From Octopus vulgaris (Eukaryota): a DNA stretch of 64,000 bases. The position numbers were made by a program, and so were the translations under genes. The notes beneath the pieces are model-generated. The model had not been told where the DNA came from, made no database searches, and was given only the letters and a program-made list of their open reading frames with translations. This document shows positions 54,179 through 64,000 of this stretch, in pieces. The first letter of the stretch is position 1. The number at the start of each line of letters is the position of its first letter. Where the stretch lies: positions 5,828,001 to 5,892,000 of the forward strand of contig OX597817.1 in assembly GCA_951406725.2 (NCBI GenBank), given 5' to 3'.

Positions 54179-54586
54179 GGCGCAGGAGTGGCTGTGTGGT
54201 AAGTAGCTTGCTTACCAACCACATGGTTCCAGGTTCAGTCCCACTGCGTGGCACCTTGGGCAAGTGTCTTCTACTATAGCCTCGGGCCGACCAAAGCCTT
54301 GTGAGTGGATTTGGTAGACGGAAACTGAAAGAATGTATATATAGATGTATATATATATGAATATGTATGTGTGTGTGTATGTTTGTGTGTCTGTGTTTGT
54401 CCCACTAGCATTGCTTGACAACTGATGCTGGTGTGTTTATGTCCCCCGTCCCTTAGCGGTTCGGCAAAAAGACACCGATAGAATAAGTACTGGGCTTACA
54501 AAGAATAAGTCCTGGGGTTGATTTGCTCGACTAAAAGCGGTGCTCCAGCATGGCCGCAGTCAAATGACTGAAACAAGTAAAAGAGA
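54179..54586 (+). mobile_element. Family B SINE, full length
   Basis: GGCGCAGGAGTGGCTGTGTGGTAAG head through AAACAAGTAAAAGAG tail. Confidence 0.92.
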
Positions 54587-55069
54587 AATAAAAAAAATTT
54601 TTTTTTAAATAAAAAAAGAAGCAAACAAAGTAAAATTAAAGGACGGAAAGGAAAGGGGTCAAGAACTTTTATTTGTTGAAAAGCATTGCTGTGATTTAGA
54701 GGGATCTAATTTAGACCCTATGATGCGAGGTTTTGCTGTATTTATGATGCCCCAAGTGGCAAAGGATGATGTGCTTGGCTCTTTTAGATGGTCATTCTTA
54801 TGTCTAATCTTCACTGTGTAGTCATATGGTCAAGTTTAAATTGATTGGTCTGTTTGAAAAGGTGTGTGGTGACCTTAGTGATCTATATTAGACACAACTG
54901 TACATGCTTCAGTTTGATTCACTGATAATATTCTCATCCTTTGTAATTGAGTATAACTGAAGAATGAGTTTCCAGCTGTAAAAATGGTAGCTTAAATTAA
55001 AAACAAAAGCTTATTGATAATACTAGCATGATACAGAGAGATATACAATATAAAAAGATAAAAATCATA

Positions 55070-55193
55070 GCTAGCTAGCTAGGCAGGCAGGCAGGTTGGT
55101 AGGTATAGATAGATAGGTAGATAAATAGATAGATAGATAGATAGGTAGGTAAGTATAGATAGATAGGTAGGTATAGATATGTAGGTAGGTAGG

Positions 55194-55225
<32 letters not shown>

Positions 55226-55400
55226 GGTAGGTAGGTATAGATAGATAGGTAGGTAGATAGATAGATATATAGATAGATATAGGTAGATAGATAGATATAT
55301 AGATAGATAGATAGATAGATAGATATAGGTAGATAGATAGATATAGGTAAGTAGATAGATGTAGGTAGATAGATATATGAAGATAGATACAGGTAGATAT
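55070..55400. repeat. (GATA)n/(GGTA)n tetranucleotide microsatellite
   Basis: Directly visible. Confidence 0.95.
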
Positions 55401-55631
55401 ATTCCAAGTGGTATTGCTTGTCAAAAATTTTACACTTAATTTCATGATGTTCTAAAAACATTTTTCTGTCTTTCTGATGAGAGGTCAGACTCCTTACTTA
55501 TTGCATATGAACTCAAAAACTTATCTATATACTATCAATATATACATTATCATATATTACATAATTCTCATGTATTGCATAATTTATTTTCCACTTGCCA
55601 AAAGTCCTTATACACAAAGACTAAAAAGATA

Positions 55632-56547
55632 TCAGTTCATCCCATAAGTTCTGTCCGATTTTACCTTTTTTAAAAATGAATGAAATTTAATAGTAGTTTA
55701 GAATATCTAAGGAAATTAAAAATTATTTTTATGCATTTGTGTACATTTAAACTAAATATTATTTTACAGAATAATAGAATTAAAATTTCTTTGATTAAAA
55801 CCCTTTCTAATATGGAAGTATCCAAAGAGCATTTAAGGCACATAATGCTTTATGAGTACAAAAAGAGAAATTCTGCAGCCGAAGCGACTTGAAACTCAGT
55901 TTATGGGAAAGAATGCTTGAATGAAAGAACTTTCAGAAGTGGAGATTTCAGCCTTGAAGATGAAGATCGAACAGGACGTCCAGTTGAGCTTGATGATAAG
56001 CTCCTTGAGGCATTACTTGAAGAAAATCCTGCATTATCAGTTGAAGAATTGGCAATAAAGCTTAATTCAAGTCGTTACAACTGTTCATCATCATCTTCAA
56101 CAACTTGGAAAGGTTCCTAAACTTGGAAAATGGGTGCCTCATGAATTGTCCGAAAGCAACCGCAAATCCCGAGTTGACATCTGCTCTTCTCTCCATTCTT
56201 GCAAACTCATTTCACCCTTTTTGGTTAGACTTGTGACTGGTAATGAAAAATGGATCTTCTAATGAAATGTTAAACATCATAAACAGTGGCTTGGTAAAAG
56301 GGGAAAAGCTCAGCCACAACCGAGAAGGGAACTTCATGGAAAAAAAGGTTCTCCTTCAGACTAGCAGTTCTTTGCTTTGAAACCAGAAGAGTTTTTACAT
56401 TGATAGGATTTAAAAGCTTGTAAATAGATGGATGGAAGTCATAGATAATCAGGGAAAGTACATTGATTATTAATTTCAATTAAATATAACATTTGATCAC
56501 TTGTTTTCTTTATTCAAAATTTGGACAGAACTTATGGGATGACCTAA
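55632..56547 (+). mobile_element. Internally deleted mariner transposon
   Basis: TIRs TCAGTTCATCCCATAAGTTCTGTCC / GGACAGAACTTATGGGATGACCTAA with TA flanks. Peptides MEVSKEHLRHIMLYEYKK, FRSGDFSLEDEDRTGRP, WVPHELS and LVTGNEKWI; the rest of the DD34D domain is deleted. Confidence 0.92.
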
Positions 56548-56791
56548 TATTTTCTGGTGAATTTTATTCTTCAATTAAGTTATATTTAATTTTTGAATTA
56601 TTAATTATTAATAAATTACTATTATAAACTATATGTAAATTTTAAATGTCATTAATAAATTATCATTTTATAAGTTAACTGATATCACTAATATTTTCTA
56701 TAAGTTACCATAATAAAGTTATGTGATATTTGATATGACTAACTATTGTAACAAAAATGTAACTCTTGTTTGTCTTATTTTTGTCTTTTAG

Positions 56792-56885
56792 GTACTTGCC
56801 GGTGAGATGTATGTCAGTGGTTTGTAATTTCTTTGCTACCACTCAAAGTATGGAGACATTTATTGGCCGACAAAAACAAGAATGA
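56792..56885 (+). CDS. SDR16C5: SDR16C-family dehydrogenase terminal exon B (distal, duplicated alternative last exon)
   Basis: ttatttttgtcttttag|G TAC TTG CCG ... GAA TGA, phase 2 compatible. Encodes (G)YLPVRCMSVVCNFFATTQSMETFIGRQKQE*, which aligns with exon A. Confidence 0.85.
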
Positions 56886-57289
56886 ATCTTCTCCATACAC
56901 TCACACTACCACATTTACATGCATACACAGAGAAACACATATACAAATATATACATGCACACAAATAAGTATCTATAGGCTTATGAATTAATACAGAGGC
57001 AGACACTTGCTCTGATAAAAATGTATAAATGCACAGTGCACAGGAATACACACACTCACACATATATATTCAAACATACATACATACATACATTATCAAA
57101 TGAAATGTCATCTTGGACTAAAGTCTGAATACAAAAACGAAATTTAAGATTTTTCTCAATTTTTTTTTATATAAGTATAGAAATCAGTTATCTACTAGCT
57201 TCTTGCGCAAGTAAGAAAACTTATGTATTATTGTATATGAATGATAAAATATTACTTCATAATTTCTTGTTTATTCGAGATTTAAGGTA

Positions 57290-58275
57290 GGAGATGTCAG
57301 TGTTTTATTAAAATAAGGAGCTATCATTTGAAATAAGGGCTTAGATTCTTGCTTTGCCTAGCAATGGACTCACATACAGGAAGATATCAGCACAGCTAAA
57401 AGTATCAGTTGACGATGTCCAGAAAGCTTATTGTCATTTTCATTTGATAGATGTGCACAAACGACATAGAATGTCAGGTAGACCTTGTACCAAAATCTTC
57501 AAACCAAATATGTGATTGATTGTCTTTGCGTTGCATCACCATTTACAGGGAAGAATTCTATGTTAAGACTATAAGTTGTTGATTGCTGGAAGACTTAAAT
57601 AATTGCTTTAAGTACAGCAAAATAAATAAGGCTTTCACAGAAGACATCTAGGATTATCTGAGCTTCTGCAGTGATAATAAAAACTGGACTAATGTGGGCT
57701 GGTTAAATGTAATGTTTATGACAAAACATCCATTAAAGATTTACATCTAAAACTTCTTTTGTTTGTCATCCATCAAACTCAAAGTACAATCTTATGTATA
57801 TATTCTCGTATGAGTCAAGCAATGGCCATCCATTATGATATGGGTGGTAGTGGTGGGAGGGTTATTTCTTCAAAGGGCAGCACTGGTATTTGGATAATAT
57901 CCCACAATATTAATTCTGAAACTTACCTAGATGTTCCACTGAAGCTGTTCCTTATTCATATAAGCATCCTTAATTGCAATATATTTCAACATGGATTCTC
58001 TACATATATCCAAAGAATAGCTTAGTGCTAGCTAATGAGATTACTGTATTGGGTAAATGACCAGCATAATCTTTTGGTCTGAACCCTAAAGAAAATTTAC
58101 AGGATTATATTGAGAACAAAATTTGAAACAGAAAATGTTTAATAATTTTCCAATTTAAAAGATACTGCATGGGAAAATAACTAGAGATCACTATAAAAAA
58201 ATTTGGTTAAAAGCATGTCTAACCATGTCACTGCTGTATTAGAGGTTAGGTGATTATAATACCAAATATTTAGTT
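57290..58275 (+). mobile_element. Ancient Tc1-like transposase fossil
   Basis: VISSKGSTG...INSETYLDV...IFQH, *PA*SFGLNPKENL (cf. WPAQSPDLNPIENL) and NLVKSMSNHVTAVL. Boundaries approximate. Confidence 0.7.
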
Positions 58276-58875
58276 GTATAACATTGATATCTCCTTTTGT
58301 AAGCATACAGGGAAGTAGGAAAAACGCCTAGGGTAGAGAAAGATAGACCACCTGTCCAACTTCAGAAATCTCTCTTTTGTTAGTCATTATGGTATCTGAT
58401 TATATTACTAAATGCATTCCTTATTTTTCTTCTTTTTTTATTTACATCATCAATTACAATTTAAAACTTTATTTTGTCAATGTATTCAGACTTTTCAATG
58501 AGACTATATTGATAATAAATGATTCACACATACACATATAAATGGTACATATACACACACAGCCTTGCACATCATTGATATAAACATTGGTAAGTGAACA
58601 AGAACAAGCTTCACTAAAAGTCAGCTGAAAATATGCATACATAAATAAATTAATTTCTAAATTAAATTATATATTAATAAATATGTTTAAAATATTTTTT
58701 AAATATGGAAAAAAAATTTTTTAAAAAGCTAAAAAAAAAAAAATTGGGAAAAAATACGCAAAATGAAGTAAAAAATATATACCTCTGAAATTACAATGGA
58801 ATTAAAGTATGAAGATGGAATAAGAATATTTGAGTTTTTGATATTAACATTATTATTATTATCATCCTCATCAAA

Positions 58876-60169
58876 GCAGTCGGCTGGCAGAATCAATAGC
58901 ACACTTGGCAAAATGCTTAGTGGTATTTCATCCATCTTGACGTTCTGAGTTCAAATTCTGCCGAGGTTGACTTTGCCTTTCATCCTTCCAGGGTCAATAA
59001 AATAAAAGCACTGGGAGTCAATATAATCAACTTGTTCCCTACCCCCAAAATTGCTGGCCTTGTGACAAAATTTGAAACCATTATTACTACCATTAAGGTG
59101 GTGAGTTGACAGAACTGTTAGCACACTTGGCAAAGTGCTTAGCGCCATTTCATCTGCCTTTATGTTCTGAGTTCAAATTCCACCAAGGTCGACTTTGCCT
59201 TTCATTCTTTCAGGGCCGATAAATTAAGTACCAGTGAAACACTGGTATTGATGTAATTGCCTAGTCTCCTCCGCACAAATTTCAGGCCTTGTGCCTTTAG
59301 TAGAAAGGATTTATTGACATAATGGCTTAGAAGCAGAAAGAAAAGCTTGAGGAACAGACCTAAATTAAAGTTCTGTCAACTGGCGAGTTTTTTTTTTTTT
59401 TCAAGTTCAGATATTTGTTTATCAACTTTGCTTTTCATCCTTCTGCCATTGAGAACAGATATTACCAACCAAGTATTGGTATCAATTCAATCAATTATAA
59501 ACCTTCCCCGTATTTTGTGCCTGTCTAAGATATTATTATTGTTGTTATATTATGTAAACTTGTCTTATTGTAAACTTATTTTGGTGGTGATGGGCAGAAT
59601 CAGCTGGTGGGTGTGTTAAATACTTTTCAGTTTTTTTATTATCTTTCAACACTTTGAGTTTAAATGTATGGTTTTGCATCTACATTAGATATTCTTCTTC
59701 TTTTCATCATTATTATTATTATTGTTGTTCTTATTAATGCAGTGAGCTGGCAGAATCATTAGCACAGTGGACAAAATGCTTAATGGCATTTCACCTGTCC
59801 TTTATATTTTGTATTCAGATTCTGTCAAGGTCAACTTTGCCTTTCATCCTTTCAGGTTCAATGAACACTGGGGTCAATATAATCAACTATTCCCCGTCGC
59901 ACAAAATTTCCGGCCTTGTGCCTGTAGTAGAAAGGATCATTATTACTATTATGTTAAAGGCAGTGAGCCGGTAGAACCATTAGCATGCCAGGCAAAGTGC
60001 TTAACAGAATTTCATCTGTCTTCACATTCTGAGTTCAAATTCTGCTGAGGTCGACTTTGCCTTTCATCTTTTCAGGGTCGATAAAATAAGTACCAGTTGA
60101 GCACTGGGGTTGGTGTAATCAAACTGGCCCCTCGCCCAAAAATGTTGGCCTTGTGCCAAAATTTGAAAC

Positions 60170-60212
<43 letters not shown>

Positions 60213-61000
60213 GTTAAGGCAAGTTGGCAGAATTGTTTACATTCAGGATTTAAATTTAACAAAGGTCAACTTCATCTTTCATCTTTTTCGGAGTTAATAA
60301 AATAAGTGTCATTGAAGTACTGGGTTTTGATGTAATCAACGAATCCTCTCTCCTCAAAATAGCTGGCCTTCTACCTATACCAGAAACAGCTGAAGGTGAC
60401 ACGTTGGCAGAATCAGCAGAGTGTTGGAATAAATGCATTACAGTATTTGTTCTTGGTTTTTGCATTCTGACTTCATATCCCACCAGGGTCAACACTGTTT
60501 TTCATTCACTCCCCCCCCCCCCAGCCTATATCAAATAAGGTACCAGTCAAATACAAGGTACAGCAAAGTCAGCTATTCCTCTCCCCACTAAATTTGTGGT
60601 CTTGTGCAGATATGAGAAACCATTATTATTATTTGTTATGATTACAATGGCAAGTTAGCAGAATTATTAGCATGCCAGACAAAAGGCTTAGTGTCATTTT
60701 GTCCATCTTTATGTTCGGATTCTGTTGAGGTTGACTTTGCCTTTAATTTTTTTCAGGGTCAATAAAATGTACCAATTGAGTACTGGGGTCAATGTAATTA
60801 TCTAGTCTCCTCTCCCAAGTCTCAGGCCTTGTGTCTACAGTAGAAAGGATTATTATAATTATGCCACCAGGGTTGACTTTTTTCCAATTAAGGGTCGATA
60901 AAATAAGTACTAGTTGAGCACTGGGGTTGATGTAACTGACTAACCCTTCCTCCAAAATTTCAGGCCTTGTGCCTATAGTAGAAAGTATTATTATTACTGT
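58876..61000 (+). repeat. Head-to-tail array of about 8-10 diverged family C SINEs separated by (ATT)n
   Basis: Heads (GCTGGCAGAATC-like) at about 58876, 59097, 59738, 59959, 60218, 60395 and 60649, a truncated unit at about 60865, and decayed units at about 59345-59680. Confidence 0.85.
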
Positions 61001-62059
61001 TATTGTGTTGTTTTAGCAGACATTTAGTTTCATTGAGACACTATTCTCCTGTCTCTGCTCTGTCTCCTCATCTTTCTGAAATATCACACTCTAGACTGTT
61101 AACCAACACTATTTACTACTACATTACCATTCCCAAAATCCATCATGTAGGGACTCAACATAATGGCCAAATCTTTCAAGTTCTCCAGCTAAAAATGTTT
61201 GTCAATATTTAATTCCATCCAAACTGTTTCCATATTTTTCACCCCTCTGGAGAGTCAATTATTTGTGTTACCAATCAAAGCCTGGTTTGATTCAAATGAC
61301 TAAACCATTTTCCTATGAATTTTGGGGCTTGTATCTGTAAGAGAGATCACTTAAAAAATTTTATGAAAGTAATACCTCAGGAAAACTTTTTAAGGTAATT
61401 TGTGTTGCCACATTGGCATTAAAAACTAAAAAAAAAAAAATGTAATTAAACACAACAAAGTACAATGATTCATTTCTGCATTCGTTATTTGGTTTGATCT
61501 TTTGTATTTTTTTTTTTTTTAAATTTTCTTTTTAATTCTTGCTCTAATTGTTGTAAAATTAAATTCAGTTACTATATACTTATATATGATGATAATTAAA
61601 TACTTTGAAAGTAAATTTGTGTTTGTTCTTCATTTAACATCAATTTAATTCTCCTTGATATTAAAAAATTTACCTTTTTTTTTTAATTACATTTTCAGAC
61701 TTTTTCTTATTACATCTGCCTTATTCTATGGAAAACCAATTATTAGCATTGACCTAATGATTTAAACAAGGATGGCTGGAGAAGAGTGGTTATATAACTC
61801 TCAAGAAGAGGAAAACAACTATGTTAACGTTGAACATTTTGCCAGCCTCCTTGGTGCAGATTCCAATCTTCTACTTTGTGAATTGCATTTATTTATTTTT
61901 GATATGCACAAGATTATCGATCAAATCCAAACAATTCATTTTTTTCTCAATGACATTATGTTACAGGCAATTGTATATAATTTTCATTGTCCATGACTTT
62001 GCAACAGGTTGCTCTTGTCTAATTTCATATCAACTCTAATAGAATCCTCTTGTGGTATA

Positions 62060-62487
62060 CTCTTTACTCTTTTACGTGTTTCAGTCATTTGACTGTGGCC
62101 ATGCTGGAGCACTGCCTTTAGTCGAGCAAACCAACCCCAGGACTTATTCTTTGGAAGCCTAGTACGTATTCTATCAGTCTCTTTTGCTGAACCGCTAAAT
62201 TACAGGGACGTAAACACACCAGCATCAGTTGTCAAGCAATGTTGGTGGGACAAACACAGACACACAAACATATATACACACACACACTCATACACACACA
62301 CATATATATATATATATACATATATACGACGGGCTTCTTTCAGTTTCCGTCTACCAAATCCACTCACAAGGCTTTGGTCACAAGGCTATAGCAGAAGACA
62401 CTTGCCGAAGATGCCATGCAGTGGGACTGAACCTGGAACCATGTGGTTCATAAGCAAGTTACTTACCACACAGCCACAACTACACCT
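62060..62487 (-). mobile_element. Family B SINE, full length
   Basis: Reverse complement of the 54179 copy; (CTCTTTTA)n tail. Confidence 0.9.
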
Positions 62488-63429
62488 ATGCAGGTAACAA
62501 GATAACTCATAGAGGTACAGTACATACATCTGTAGTTATTATGTCTCCACTTAACTAAGAATCATACTGAAAACTCAAACAAGCAGGAAAGAGTTACCCA
62601 TGATGCAGTGTGAAAGTCTAGGCTGTTTGCACTCTGCATTTTCCTATCTTTTTCCTCTGTTGCCTCTAGTTCCAGTTGATGACCAAAAGGAGGTCAGCAA
62701 GGTGCTGTTCATTTGTATTTACTTCTGGTGGGGTGCACCCCAATACAATTTCAGACTTATGAGGTTAATGATCCCAGGAATGTTCCTATATATTTGCATT
62801 TTCCATATCTTGTTTCTGTGAAAGATACATTTTCTTTGGAATACAGCAGTAGTTGTAGTGCTTGTGTGTTGCATATGTATTTCAGAGAGAGGACAAATCT
62901 TTCATGTAATGACAGTGACTATGAGTGTTTAAACTTGTTATGGCAACAAACTGTACCCTTTGTATATAAAGTAGTCTTCCAGTTTTAGTACTTTTCTTTA
63001 AGTGTAACTCCCATTGTGGGTGTGAATGTTATGCTGTTGAGTATGATAGTTGTTTGCAGTTATTATCTGGTGTTGCTTGTAAGAAGCAAGACAATGGATT
63101 TAGTAAGGTTTAGATGATTGATATAAGATTACACTAGTAAGAAGATTGTGTGTAGAGAATACCATGAGGATGTGAGTGTGTATGAAGCTGCATGCATGAT
63201 CTGAGGTGTGTATGAAAGGGCAGATCCTTGTGAAGCACCATTTGAGAAACTGCAAATTTTGAAATTGTTTTTGTAATAAGCAGGGTACCAGCACTGACCA
63301 ATTCCCATCCCCACATTTTCACACGTCCAGACCACGAGCCCTCTTTCACACGCACATACATACTCTCTTATACACACATGCACCTTCATGTTGGGGGTCA
63401 TCTTTACTTTGTTATCTCCCCTACTTCTT

Positions 63430-63660
63430 CGCTCTCCTGTGTGACCCTTCTGTCCAGCAGTCACCATGATAGATCGTTAGCCACTACACATTTTTTTTCT
63501 CTTTGTTTCTCTCCTTGTTTTTTTTCTGTGTTCCTTTCTGTAGAAGAGCGTAGGCTCGAAAGTAAAAGACTTTCTATTCCTGAGCGTTATACTAATACAT
63601 CTGTTTATTTTGTACACCACCTGTCTTCGTCTTTTGTTTTTTACGTAAACTCTCCCCCTA
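63430..63660 (+). mobile_element. Penelope-like remnant with degenerate hammerhead-like motif
   Basis: CTTT CTGTAGA A GAGC GTAG GCTC GAAA GTA AAAG at about 63534-63578, followed by the TTCCTGAGCGT block seen in the 7640 element. Confidence 0.55.
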
Positions 63661-64000
63661 TATACACATGTACCATATATGCATGTACACATAAATGTAT
63701 ATAATGTGTGTTTATGTTTATATTCATGCAGGTGGTTTTATATTTTCTCTGTTTTTTTGTGTGTAGTTTTATGTATATTCTTACACAATGGCCATATGGT
63801 TTTTTACGTATACTATGAGGCCTCTCCAATAGGAATATGGTAAGGCGAACTTAATTTGGGATGTAATTAGGAATTTGCCATCCTTAATGTAAACAAGATA
63901 GGAAATGGGTGAGAGAGGAAGTAAAGTAATTAAGTTAATTTTTCAACCAATTATAATATTTAATAAAGATTAATGGAGAATTTTGCCTTTCACAATATAG

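Noticed and set aside
58876-61000. CRISPR-like repeat/spacer array
   Set aside because: Units are about 210-bp diverged SINEs in eukaryotic DNA, with no unique spacers and no cas genes.
61699-61765. ttttcag acceptor giving GLFLITSALFYGKPIISIDLMI* as another duplicated last exon
   Set aside because: Lacks the LP, FF, ME.F.G and QKxE pattern shared by exons A and B.

Overview
This is AT-rich, microsatellite-laden animal genomic DNA. The SINE, Penelope-like and mariner repertoire looks like Octopus (inferred from repeat motifs, not from a database search). Almost all ORFs in the supplied track are artefacts of (TA)/(TG) microsatellites or repeats. One host gene is supported: a + strand SDR16C-family short-chain dehydrogenase (epidermal retinol dehydrogenase 2 / SDR16C5-like). 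Its coding exons are 23274-23458, 32466-32597, 36169-36413 and 41877-42002, followed by two homologous, intact, phase-compatible terminal exons at 47837-47936 and 56792-56885. The first coding exon was not found and is probably upstream of the window. The main finding is this duplicated alternative last exon, which would give two different C-termini. Other findings: several minimal hammerhead-ribozyme-like motifs in Penelope-type remnants (one with an intact core in the putative 3' UTR of the proximal isoform), modular head/tail-swapped SINEs, a head-to-tail SINE array, close inverted SINE pairs that could be dsRNA/ADAR substrates, and nested Tc1/mariner/MITE/Helitron fossils. SINE family letters A-G are my own labels.
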